Shown: piece by piece, positions 40,595 through 49,696 of the stretch
How positions within the stretch are numbered: the first letter of the stretch is position 1
Layout of the letters: every line of letters begins with the position of its first letter
Source of the DNA: Candidatus Oxydemutatoraceae bacterium
GTDB lineage: Bacteria > Pseudomonadota > Gammaproteobacteria > Poriferisulfidales > Oxydemutatoraceae
Reading direction: 5' to 3'
Length of the DNA: 64,000 nt
NCBI GenBank assembly: GCA_965220085.1
Contig: CBDCOZ010000003.1
Location: 608,001-672,000 of the forward strand
Notes under the pieces: generated by a model
The model's database searches: none
Told to the model about the DNA's origin: nothing
The model's input: the letters and a program-made list of their open reading frames with translations, nothing else
Program-made: the position numbers and the translations under genes

Positions 40595-40966
40595 GCGCTA
40601 TCGCAACGGGCATTCAAGAAGGAGTGTGTCGTGCGAGCGTTGCGGGTTGCTTGCGCTATCGCAACGGGCCTTCAAGAAGGAGTGTGTCGTGCGAGTGTTG
40701 CGGGTTGCTTGCGTTATCGCAACGGGCCTTCAAGAAGGAGTGTGTCGTGCGAGCGTTGCGGGTTGCTTGCGCTATCGCAACGGGCATTCAAGAAGGAGTG
40801 TCGTGCGAGCGTTGCGGGTTGCTTGCGCTATCGCAACGGGCCTTCAAGAAGGAGTGTGTCGTGCGAGCGTTGCGGGTTGCTTGCGCTATCGCAACGGGCC
40901 TTCAAGAAGGAGTGTGTCGTGCGAGCGTTGCGGGTTGCTTGCGCTATCGCAACGGGCCTTCAAGAA
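40595..40966 (-). repeat. 58-bp tandem array amplifying the LEGPLR* end of locus 3 plus about 35 nt of 3' flank
   Basis: Stop-codon position recurs at 40598, 40656, 40714, 40772, 40828, 40886 and 40944 (the real stop); one unit is 56 bp. Confidence 0.93.
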
Positions 40967-42209
40967 AGAGGCGCAAGCGCAAGCTCAGGTGCTCCACCAG
41001 ATGTATGTTCATCGTGCGGGCTTCGGTGTTGCCGGTGCCATCATAGTTCACCATGTAGGTGAAACTGGCGAAGTTGGGGGCGGCGGCGGAGTCTTCCGGG
41101 GGATAATAGATGAGCTCTCCATTTCGTATTGAGTCCCCGTTTACAGTGAGGTTGTCTGCAATGGCTACTGATCCTCCCAGGAGAAATGTGCCCCTGCCCG
41201 ATGCTATGGTGGTGATTACGGGCACGCTTTTCAGAGCGCCGGTGGGATCGTTCGGGAACATAAAGTCGGATGGCTTGAACCTGTAGGGCGCGTCTGCGTC
41301 GGCGGTAATCGGCACACTCACCGAATTGGCTCTGGCGATGATGGCGCCTGTGGTGCACAGCGTGGGGGCATCGGCGTCGCCGCCCTCTTCGGTGCCTATG
41401 CCGTCGGTGAAACGGAGACAAACGCGGATGTATTGGCCGATATGTTCCCGCCCCGGTGTGAAGGCGTCGGCGGTGGCTCCGGCGATGTTTTCGTATGTGC
41501 CAGCCTGGGTGGCGGACTGTTGCCATTGCCAACTGCGTCTGTGGGTGGGGATGCCGTTGGGCTCGGTGATGCCGGCAGTGCCGGCAATCAGTTCCGCATC
41601 CTCGTTGTAGGCGACGCCCGATGCCGCCGTGACCGTCGGTGCGCCGGTGGCCGCCGTATTTGTGGACGGCACCAGATCTACGGTGATGGTGGCGGCGGGC
41701 CCTTCGCTGTTTGCCGTCCAGGTAAAGGTGGTATAGCCCGCCATGGGCATGTCAGCGCTACGGGGAAAATACTTTACGGTGCCAATGTCAGCAAGGGGTA
41801 TATTCGCAATCGTTCGGCCTACAACAGTGACACCGCGCGTCAACTCAAACTGTCCGTCGCTTTGGAGCACCCCCAACGAAGTCGAGGTTATGCTCCCTGT
41901 GGCATTGGCGGGGGCGGTCTCAAAGTGTACGCTGGTCAAGGTATTGGCATTGCCAAACGGAAAATCACCCGCCGAGAAAGTATAACTGAGGCCCGCCGGC
42001 ACATAGATGGTGTTGTTCTGCGCCACAGGCGCGCTTTGCGCTTGGGCTTGCGCACAGGCAACAAACAGCGCTGGCAACATCAGCAATCGGAGGCTGCGCC
42101 GTATCATCGTTGCCCGCCGATAGGGGGGGGGGGGGGGGGGGGGGGCTATATAAACAGTGGCGGAAGCGCCGGGGGTGCCAGGCTGGTGACGAATTATTTT
42201 GATGTTCAT
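40944..42209 (-). CDS. FLEGPLR-family secreted modular protein, locus 3 (A-B-A modules); leader in frame, putative ON state
   Basis: GGAG SD plus ATG 42209; MNIK...YIAPPPPPPPYRRATM, then signal peptide IRRSLRLLMLPALFVACAQAQA; ends LSLRLRLFLEGPLR*. Confidence 0.85.
   Translation of the reverse strand: MNIKIIRHQPGTPGASATVYIAPPPPPPPYRRATMIRRSLRLLMLPALFVACAQAQAQSAPVAQNNTIYVPAGLSYTFSAGDFPFGNANTLTSVHFETAPANATGSITSTSLGVLQSDGQFELTRGVTVVGRTIANIPLADIGTVKYFPRSADMPMAGYTTFTWTANSEGPAATITVDLVPSTNTAATGAPTVTAASGVAYNEDAELIAGTAGITEPNGIPTHRRSWQWQQSATQAGTYENIAGATADAFTPGREHIGQYIRVCLRFTDGIGTEEGGDADAPTLCTTGAIIARANSVSVPITADADAPYRFKPSDFMFPNDPTGALKSVPVITTIASGRGTFLLGGSVAIADNLTVNGDSIRNGELIYYPPEDSAAAPNFASFTYMVNYDGTGNTEARTMNIHLVEHLSLRLRLFLEGPLR
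42123..42145 (-). repeat. Uninterrupted C23 tract (G23 on +) in the leader of locus 3
   Basis: Counted directly; encodes A-P7. Confidence 0.9.
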
Positions 42210-42330
42210 GATAAATCTCCGTTGATTAGCAGACGAAATATGCAACTATGCAACCGATTGCCTGCCCATGATAAATCTCCGTTGGTTAGCAGATGAAATA
42301 TGCGACATGCAACCGATTGCCCGCCTATGA
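42207..42330 (-). repeat. 60-bp tandem duplication of the 5' UTR/SD of locus 3
   Basis: CATGATAAATCTCCGTTG.TTAGCAGA.GAAATATGC at 42207 and 42267 (+ strand). Confidence 0.85.
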
Positions 42331-42358
42331 TACACACTACAAAATAATTTGCAAGCGC
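42327..42358 (-). promoter_or_regulatory. Sigma70-like promoter of locus 3
   Basis: GCGC-TTGCAA-N16-TATCAT on the minus strand; same GCGCTTGCAAAT 12-mer as loci 1 and 2. Confidence 0.6.
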
Positions 42359-42421
42359 CTGTATGATGCCATGACATATTGGAAACTTTGGGCAAATATT
42401 GTGAATAGAGGAGTATCGGAC

Positions 42422-43291
42422 TTAACCAAACAGCGCCGGTTTTTCTTTTTCGCCCTGGTCTGCGCGGATGCGGTATTGTCCGCTTTCCAGTCGCTCGCGG
42501 GCGAAAGCGTGATATTCGGGGACCACCTCAAATCCGACATAATCCCGCTTCGCCATTTTGCTGACCACCGCAACCTGACCCGAGCCCATGAATGGGTCCA
42601 GAACCAGATCGCCCGGGTCGCTGGCGTAGGCGAGGATTTTTTTCACCAGTTCGGCGGGCAGCTTGGTCGGGGTCTTTTTGTCGCCTGTCCAGTATTCCCG
42701 CTTGATGACCCACACATCCTCCAGGTCTGCGTAAAGCATACTGCCGCCGTTATCGCGCCGCGCGCCCGGCGCAAAGCGGCAGTGCGGATTGAATTTCCGC
42801 TTGCGGTCGTCCTTGCACAAAAACAGGCAATGGTAATGCGAAGTCACAAACCGGCGGCGGCAAAACACGCCGAATTGATACTTCCAAATGATGTGGTTCA
42901 CCGTGACGAATCCGCACTCGTCCGCGGCGACCAGAATGTCTTTCAGGTTGTTCCAGCCGGAGAAAACAAAGGCGCTGCCGGCGGGGCGCAACAGGCGAAA
43001 CGCCTCGCGCATCCAGGCGCGGGAAAAGTCCGCGTATTCCGCCGCCGGAATTTCGTTGTATCCCTCCAAGACGCGCCCGTCTGTCCGGTTGTAGTTGGTG
43101 CGCGCCGCCTTGAAGTCAATCGCAAACGGCGGGTCGGTCACAATCAGATCCACCGAATCCGGCGGCATCGCGACCATTCCCGCAACGCAGTCGCCGCAAA
43201 AAATCTCGTTGCGCGGAGCCTCGGTTGCCGCGTCCGTCTCGTTCGCTCCGGATGACCGAGCGACCGCTCCCGCATGATTCCGATCGTTCAT
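42422..43291 (-). CDS. Orphan DNA methyltransferase, N4-C/N6-A, beta class
   Basis: DLIVTDPPF catalytic motif precedes VLDPFMGSG SAM-binding motif; no adjacent endonuclease. Confidence 0.92.
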   Translation of the reverse strand: MNDRNHAGAVARSSGANETDAATEAPRNEIFCGDCVAGMVAMPPDSVDLIVTDPPFAIDFKAARTNYNRTDGRVLEGYNEIPAAEYADFSRAWMREAFRLLRPAGSAFVFSGWNNLKDILVAADECGFVTVNHIIWKYQFGVFCRRRFVTSHYHCLFLCKDDRKRKFNPHCRFAPGARRDNGGSMLYADLEDVWVIKREYWTGDKKTPTKLPAELVKKILAYASDPGDLVLDPFMGSGQVAVVSKMAKRDYVGFEVVPEYHAFARERLESGQYRIRADQGEKEKPALFG

Positions 43292-43577
43292 GCCCGCATT
43301 ATACACGGCATCATCAAAGCAGAATGACCGCCGCCGGCGCAAGTTTTCCGGAACACGGAAGGGATGGAATGGCGTCGGTCGCTTATGCCGAAGGCGGCGT
43401 ATCATAAGAGCGTCCGTCACCCGGCAAAGCAGCGGGGCTGTGGCGCGGCGCATATCTCGGGGCGGCGTCCCGCGCTTGTCCGCGCTTGACAATCTGCAAA
43501 GAGGTAGTACTCTGAGCGGATATTCCTTTGCTATGAATGGTTTTAACCTGTTCAAACACACTATTCGCTAATAACCG

Positions 43578-44771
43578 ATGGCACAGACGAGTCGCGTAGT
43601 TTCCGGCATGCGCCCGACGGGGCATATCCACCTCGGGCATTATCACGGCGTGGTTAAAAACTGGGCCGAGTTGCAACTCGCCCACGAATGTTTCTTTTTT
43701 GTCGCCGATTGGCACGCGCTGACCACCCACTACGAAGACCCGGGCGAGATAGAAGAGCGTTCGTTGGATATGGTGATCGATTGGCTCGCGTGCGGCATCA
43801 ACCCCGGCACCGCGACCTTGTTTATTCAGTCGCAGGCGCCGGAACACGCCGAGTTGAGTTTGTTGCTTGGGATGATGACGCCGCTCGGCTGGCTGGAGCG
43901 GGTTCCGAGTTATAAGGATGCGCACGAAAACGCGCGCCTGCGCACCTTCGGTTTTCTCGGCTATCCGTTGTTGCAGACCGCGGATATCCTGATCTACGGC
44001 GGCGATATGGTGCCGGTCGGCGAAGACCAGGTCGCGCATGTCGAGTTGGCGCGCGAGATTGCCCGGCGCTTTAACCATCTCTATGGTCGGGAGCATAACT
44101 TCGCCGAGCGCGCGGAGGAGATTATCGATCGGCTCGGGCGCAAGGATGCCGCGCTGTATCGCGATCTGCGCAAGCGCTATCAGGAGAAGGGCGACAGCGA
44201 GGTGCGCGATATCGCCACCGCGTTGATCGAGTCGCAGCAGAATATTACGATCAGCGATAGCGAACGCTTGCGCGGTTATCTGGACGGCTTGTCGCGGACG
44301 GTGTTGCCGGAGCCGCAGGCTTTGTTGACGAAGGCGCCGCGCATTCCCGGCGTCGACGGGCAGAAGATGTCGAAGTCTTTGCAGAATACGATCGCGCTGC
44401 GCGATACCGAGGAGGAGATAGAACACAAGTTGCGGACGATGCCGACCGACCCGGCGCGGATTCGGCGTACCGACCCGGGCGACCCCGAAAAATGCCCGGT
44501 GTGGGAGTGGCACAAGGTCTATTCCGACGCCGAGCGGCGGGCGTGGGTGACGGAGGGCTGTCGCAGCGCCGGCATCGGTTGCATTGATTGCAAGAAGCCG
44601 CTGATTGAGGCGGTGCAGGCCGAAGTCGGGCCGATTTGTCGGCGCATAACCGAATTTGAAAACGACAAGGGCACGGTGAAGAAAATTATCGCCGAGGGCA
44701 ACGAGGCCGCCCGCGATGTCGCGCGCGATACGATGGATGAGGTGCGGCGGGTGATGAAACTGGCGCACTGA
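43578..44771 (+). CDS. trpS: Tryptophan--tRNA ligase (with insertion domain)
   Basis: SGMRPTG..HLGH, YPLLQTADI, VPVGEDQ and KMSKS motifs. Confidence 0.97.
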   Translation: MAQTSRVVSGMRPTGHIHLGHYHGVVKNWAELQLAHECFFFVADWHALTTHYEDPGEIEERSLDMVIDWLACGINPGTATLFIQSQAPEHAELSLLLGMMTPLGWLERVPSYKDAHENARLRTFGFLGYPLLQTADILIYGGDMVPVGEDQVAHVELAREIARRFNHLYGREHNFAERAEEIIDRLGRKDAALYRDLRKRYQEKGDSEVRDIATALIESQQNITISDSERLRGYLDGLSRTVLPEPQALLTKAPRIPGVDGQKMSKSLQNTIALRDTEEEIEHKLRTMPTDPARIRRTDPGDPEKCPVWEWHKVYSDAERRAWVTEGCRSAGIGCIDCKKPLIEAVQAEVGPICRRITEFENDKGTVKKIIAEGNEAARDVARDTMDEVRRVMKLAH

Positions 44772-44783
44772 GGGGAGGGCACA

Positions 44784-45605
44784 TTGGAAACGATACAAGA
44801 CACGACGACAGACACTGCGACAGACAGCGGCGCGCAAGCGTCGCCGCTGGCGGTCATCGACGGCGAGGTCATTCGCGAACTGCCGCAAAACCTCTATATC
44901 CCGCCCGATGCGTTGCGCGTCTTTCTCGATGCGTTTGAAGGCCCGCTCGACCTGTTGCTGTATTTGATACGCGCGCAGAATTTGGATATTTTGCGGCTGC
45001 CTATCGCCAAGATTACCGGGCAGTACATGCGCTATATTGAAATGATGGAGGAACTCAAGATTGAGTTGGCCGTCGAGTATATGCTGATGGCCGCGATCCT
45101 CGCCGAAATCAAGTCGCGCACGCTGTTGCCGAGCGCTGCGGAGGACGAGGAGGGCGAGGATGACCCGCGCGCCGAGTTGGTGCGCCGCCTGCTGGAATAC
45201 GAGCGTTTTAAGCAAGCGGCCGAGAATCTTGATACTATAGCGCGTGTCGGACGCGAACATTGCGAGTTTGAGATGGCGTGCGGCGGATTGGAAATCGCGC
45301 GCCCGTTGCCGGAGGTGCGGCTGGAAGATTTGATACGCGCGTTGCAGGAAGTGTTCGCGCGGGTGTCGGCCAGGCAGAATCACCGTGTCGCGCGCGAGCC
45401 TTTGCCGGTGCAAGATCGTATCGCGACGATACTGAGTCTGGTGCGGAGCGGGGAGCTGGTCGAGTTCCACAAGTGCTTTGCGGCGGAGGAGGGCAGCGCC
45501 GGTGTGATCGTCAGTTTTCTGGCCGTGCTTGATTTGCTGAAGGCGGGCATGGTGACGATGGCGCAGAGCGAAGCGTATGCTCCGATTTATTTGAGGTCTG
45601 TTTGA
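44784..45605 (+). CDS. scpA: Segregation and condensation protein A
   Basis: FEGPLDLLLYLI, EYMLMAA.L.EIKSR.LLP and SFLAVLDL motifs. Confidence 0.95.
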   Translation: METIQDTTTDTATDSGAQASPLAVIDGEVIRELPQNLYIPPDALRVFLDAFEGPLDLLLYLIRAQNLDILRLPIAKITGQYMRYIEMMEELKIELAVEYMLMAAILAEIKSRTLLPSAAEDEEGEDDPRAELVRRLLEYERFKQAAENLDTIARVGREHCEFEMACGGLEIARPLPEVRLEDLIRALQEVFARVSARQNHRVAREPLPVQDRIATILSLVRSGELVEFHKCFAAEEGSAGVIVSFLAVLDLLKAGMVTMAQSEAYAPIYLRSV

Positions 45606-46606
45606 TGGAGAAAAAAGAATTGATGCGTGTGATTGAGGCTTTGTTGATGGCGAGCAGCCGTCCGCTGAGCCCGAACGAGATGGGCAAGGTGATAGGCGAC
45701 GGACAAAAGCCTGTGCCGCGCAAGGTGTTGCTTGAGGCGCTGGCGGAGTTGGCGCGCGAGTGCGAAGGCAAGGCGTACGAACTGGTCGAGGTGGCGTCCG
45801 GCTACCGTTATCAGACGCGCGCGGAGTTTTCCGATTGGCTCGCTAAGTTGTGGGAACAAAAGCCGGCGCGTTATTCGCGGGCGGCGCTGGAGACTTTGGC
45901 TTTGATCGTCTATCGCCAGCCGGTGACCCGCGCTGTGATCGAAGACATACGGGGGGTCGCCGTCAGCACGAATATCATCCGCGGCTTTGAGGACCGGGGG
46001 TGGATTGAGGTGGTTGGCCATAAGGAGGTGCCGGGTCGCCCGGCGTTGTATGCCACGACCCGGGCTTTTTTGGATGATTTCAACCTGCGTTCGCTGGATG
46101 AGTTGCCGGAGTTGCCGCAACTGCGTTCGGCGTCGGAGGTGATGGCGGCGAATGCCGAGGAGCCGCTGCCGACAGAAGGGAGTGCGCCGCCGTCGGAAGA
46201 GAGTGCGCCGCCGACAGAAGAGAGTGCGCCGCCGTCGGAAGAGAGTGCGCCGCCGCCGGAAGGGAGTGCGCCGCCGTCGGAAGAGAGTGCGCCGCCGCCG
46301 GAAGAGAGTGCGCCGCCGACAGAAGAGAGTGCGCCGCCGTCGGAAGAGAGTGCGCCGCCGTCGGAAGAGAGTGCGCCGCCGTCGGAAGAGAGTGCGCCGC
46401 CGTCGGAAGAGAGTGCGCCGCCGCCGGAAGAGAGTGCGCCGCCGCCGGAAGAGAGTGCGCCGCCGACAGAAGAGAGTGCGCCGCCGACAGAAGAGAGTGC
46501 GCCGCCGACAGAAGAGAGTGCGCCGCCGACAGAAGAGAGTGCGCCGCCGCCGGAAGAGAGTGCGCCGCCGACAGAAGAGAGTGCGCCGCCGCCGCTGGCG
46601 AGTTGA
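45605..46606 (+). CDS. scpB: Segregation and condensation protein B with an acidic Pro-rich repeat tail
   Basis: IEALL, SRAALETLA.I.YRQPVTR and PGRP.LYATT..FL motifs. Confidence 0.95.
   Translation: MEKKELMRVIEALLMASSRPLSPNEMGKVIGDGQKPVPRKVLLEALAELARECEGKAYELVEVASGYRYQTRAEFSDWLAKLWEQKPARYSRAALETLALIVYRQPVTRAVIEDIRGVAVSTNIIRGFEDRGWIEVVGHKEVPGRPALYATTRAFLDDFNLRSLDELPELPQLRSASEVMAANAEEPLPTEGSAPPSEESAPPTEESAPPSEESAPPPEGSAPPSEESAPPPEESAPPTEESAPPSEESAPPSEESAPPSEESAPPSEESAPPPEESAPPPEESAPPTEESAPPTEESAPPTEESAPPTEESAPPPEESAPPTEESAPPPLAS
46172..46591 (+). repeat. 20 x 21-bp coding tandem repeat ([STP]EESAPP)
   Basis: Period-21 repeat; 140 aa at the ScpB C-terminus. Confidence 0.95.
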
Positions 46607-46626
46607 CATGCTGATAAGATGACAAG

Positions 46627-48477
46627 ATGAGTAGGTCTCCGCTAAACGAGCAGAATGGCAACCAGCCGATACCCGGCTCGGATATCATTATCCGCGCGCT
46701 TTCGGAGCTCGGGGTGGACACGATATTCGGTTATAGCGGCGGGGCGATACTGCCGACCTATGATGCCATCTTTCGCTACAACGAGGCGCACCGCGAGGCG
46801 GCGGGACGCGACAAGATCAATCTGATCGTACCGGCGAACGAACAGGGCGCGGGTTTCATGGCGGCGGGGTATGCCCGCGCCAGCGGCCGCCCGGGTATCG
46901 CGCTGGTGACATCCGGCCCGGGCGCGACTAATTCTGTGACGCCGGTGCGCGATTCGTATGCCGATTCGGCTCCGCTGATTTTGATCTGCGGGCAGGTGCC
47001 GCTGGCGGCGATGGGCACCGACGCTTTTCAGGAAGCGCCGATCATCAATATCATGTCGCCGTGCGCCAAGCATGTGTTTCTGGTCAAGGAAGCCGACAAG
47101 TTGGAGGCGACGATTCGCACCGCTTTTGAGATCGCTTTGAGCGGTCGCCCGGGGCCGGTTGTCATAGACATACCGAAAGATGTGCAAAACGACCAGTGTG
47201 CGTACCGCGGCAAGGGGGTGTTGACGTTGCCCGGTTATCGGCGGCGGCTGGAGCGCATCGCCGATAGCCGTTTGTCGGCACCGCACTGTGCCGAGTTCTT
47301 TGCCTTGCTCAAGCGCTCCCGTCGGCCGCTGGCCTATGTCGGCGGCGGCGTCATTCATGCCAACGCCGCCGATACGGTGCGCGCGTTTCTGCAACGCTAC
47401 CGCATACCCGTCGTGACGACGTTGATGGGCATCGGCGCGGTGGACACCGAGGATGCGCTGAGTTTGCATATGCTCGGCATGCACGGCACGGCGGCGGCGA
47501 ACTATGCGGTGGAAGATTGCGACTTTTTGCTTTCTATCGGCGCGCGGTTTGACGACCGCGTCGTCGGACGGCCCGATCTGTTCGCGCCGAATGCCAAGAC
47601 GATCGCCCACATTGACATAGACAGCGCCGAGATCGGCAAGGTGATGAACACGCAGTGGTCCCATCACGGCGATGCGAAGACCGCGCTGGCGGATCTGATG
47701 GCGAATGACGACGGCTTTGCGGGCGATTTTTCGCAGTGGGGCGAGCATGTCGCGCGGCTAAAGAAAAAGTATTGCCTCAACTACGACCGCGATAGCGATG
47801 AGATTCAGCCTTATTATGTGCTGGATTTGTTGAACGAATTGATCCAGGGCGAGGCGATCATTACAACCGGCGTGGGGCAACATCAGATGTGGGCGGCGCA
47901 ATATCTGGATTACAAACACCCGCGGTCGTGGCTGACATCGGGTTCTATGGGCACGATGGGGTTCGGTTTGCCGGGCGCTATCGGCGCGCAGTTTGCGCAC
48001 CCCGACAAGATGGTTTTTGATGTGGACGGCGACGGCAGCCTGCGGATGAATATCGGCGAGTTGGAGACGGTTACGACCTACGAGTTGCCGATCAAGATTT
48101 TGTTGCTGAATAATTACGGCGACGGGATGGTGCGGCAGTGGCAGAAGACGTTTTTTAAGAATCGGTTTTCGGGCAGCGACAAATCGCTGTTTCGCAAGGA
48201 TTTCATTCTCGCCGCGCAGGCGGACGGTTTCTCTTTTGCGCGGCGGGCGGAGAAAAAAGCCGAACTCAAAGCGGCTTTGCAAGACTTTGTGCGGGCTGAG
48301 GGGCCGGCTTTTCTGGAGGTGATTATCGATCAGGAGGCCGGGGTGTATCCGATGGTGAGCCCGGGCGCCGGTTATCAGCAGATGATTACGGGCGACTACA
48401 TCGCCAGCCGCGATGCCGCCGAGGCGGGCGATGACGAAGACTCCGCCGACCCGATTCGCAGCCCGAATATGTTTTGA
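46627..48477 (+). CDS. ilvB: Acetolactate synthase large subunit
   Basis: FGYSGGA, TSGPGATN, GRPGPV.ID.PKD, GQHQMW and GDGS..MN TPP-binding motifs. Confidence 0.93.
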   Translation: MSRSPLNEQNGNQPIPGSDIIIRALSELGVDTIFGYSGGAILPTYDAIFRYNEAHREAAGRDKINLIVPANEQGAGFMAAGYARASGRPGIALVTSGPGATNSVTPVRDSYADSAPLILICGQVPLAAMGTDAFQEAPIINIMSPCAKHVFLVKEADKLEATIRTAFEIALSGRPGPVVIDIPKDVQNDQCAYRGKGVLTLPGYRRRLERIADSRLSAPHCAEFFALLKRSRRPLAYVGGGVIHANAADTVRAFLQRYRIPVVTTLMGIGAVDTEDALSLHMLGMHGTAAANYAVEDCDFLLSIGARFDDRVVGRPDLFAPNAKTIAHIDIDSAEIGKVMNTQWSHHGDAKTALADLMANDDGFAGDFSQWGEHVARLKKKYCLNYDRDSDEIQPYYVLDLLNELIQGEAIITTGVGQHQMWAAQYLDYKHPRSWLTSGSMGTMGFGLPGAIGAQFAHPDKMVFDVDGDGSLRMNIGELETVTTYELPIKILLLNNYGDGMVRQWQKTFFKNRFSGSDKSLFRKDFILAAQADGFSFARRAEKKAELKAALQDFVRAEGPAFLEVIIDQEAGVYPMVSPGAGYQQMITGDYIASRDAAEAGDDEDSADPIRSPNMF

Positions 48478-48511
48478 TGGCTTCGGCGGCGCTTAACCCG
48501 GCGGATGGATC

Positions 48512-49681
48512 ATGAGGACGGGCAAGAAACTGTGGTCGTTTGCGTTCGTAGCCGTCGCGCTGGCGCTCGCGTACGGCTATTCCCTTCTGCATAATCAAGT
48601 GAGCATCCCGTTTCGGTTGACGCACGCCGATGTTCCTGCGCGCGCGAGTTTGCGCGAGTTGCGGGTGGCGGATGACTATCGGATAGAGTTCTTTATCCCG
48701 CCGGGGGAGCAGGGGATGGACAGCCCCAGGCAGATTGCGGTCGCGGATGACGGTTGGGTGTTTATCGGCTCCTACGGGGGGAAGGTGTATGCGGCGAGAG
48801 ACCGCGACGGCGACGGGCGCGCCGATGTGATTCGCACTATCGCGGACGGTCTCACTGTGCCGCACGGTGTCGCTTTTCACGCCGGCAGGCTCTACATCGG
48901 AACGGTATCGGCGATTTATGTGGTTGACGATGTGATGGCGCAACTGCGGCGGCATAAGACGACCGTTCCGCTGACCCCTTTGATCAAGGGCTTGCCCGAC
49001 AGCGCTTGGCACGGCACGCGTCATCTCAAGGTCGGGCCGGACAATCTTTTGTATGTGTCGCTCGGCACGCCTTGCAATGTGTGTGTGCCGCCGGATGAGG
49101 AGTTTGCCGCTGTGATACGCCGTTACGATTTGGACGGCAAGGGCGGCGAGGTCTACGCGCGCGGCATCCGCAATGCGGTCGGTTTTGACTGGCATCCCGG
49201 CAGCGGTGAGATGTGGTTTGCCGACAACGGGCGCGATTGGATGGGCGATGATCTGCCGAGCGACGAGTTGAATCGTGTTACGCGTTCGGGGCAACATTTC
49301 GGCTTTCCGTATTGCCATCAGGGCGATGTGCCCGACCCGCAATTCGGCAAACAACGGAAGTGCTCCGAGTTTGCCGCGCCGGCGTGGCTGACAGGCCCCC
49401 ATGTGGCTAATTTGGGCATGGCTTTTGATGCCGCCGGCAGGTATGCCTATGTCGCTTTGCACGGTTCGTGGAACCACAGTCAAAAGGTCGGCTATGCTGT
49501 GTATCGCGCGCGGATTGACAAAAACGAGGTGCGGGATTTCACGCCGTTTGTCGAAGGTTGGTTAACCGCAAACAAGGCGGTATTGGGGCGGCCTGTGGAT
49601 GTCGCTTTTACCGCCGATGGCGGGATGCTGATAACGGATGATTTTACCGATGCGGTATATCGCATCCGCAAGCGGCGTTGA
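48512..49681 (+). CDS. PQQ-dependent sugar / sorbosone dehydrogenase family protein
   Basis: GIRNAVGFDWHP, DNGRD.MGDD.P.DELN, FGFPYCH, HGSWN and GRPVDV motifs. Confidence 0.88.
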   Translation: MRTGKKLWSFAFVAVALALAYGYSLLHNQVSIPFRLTHADVPARASLRELRVADDYRIEFFIPPGEQGMDSPRQIAVADDGWVFIGSYGGKVYAARDRDGDGRADVIRTIADGLTVPHGVAFHAGRLYIGTVSAIYVVDDVMAQLRRHKTTVPLTPLIKGLPDSAWHGTRHLKVGPDNLLYVSLGTPCNVCVPPDEEFAAVIRRYDLDGKGGEVYARGIRNAVGFDWHPGSGEMWFADNGRDWMGDDLPSDELNRVTRSGQHFGFPYCHQGDVPDPQFGKQRKCSEFAAPAWLTGPHVANLGMAFDAAGRYAYVALHGSWNHSQKVGYAVYRARIDKNEVRDFTPFVEGWLTANKAVLGRPVDVAFTADGGMLITDDFTDAVYRIRKRR

Positions 49682-49696
49682 ACTGACACCGCCCGG

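Noticed and set aside
40595-40966. Possible CRISPR array (regular 58-bp period)
   Set aside because: Whole units are near identical with no unique spacers, the unit derives from the adjacent gene end, and no cas genes are in the window.
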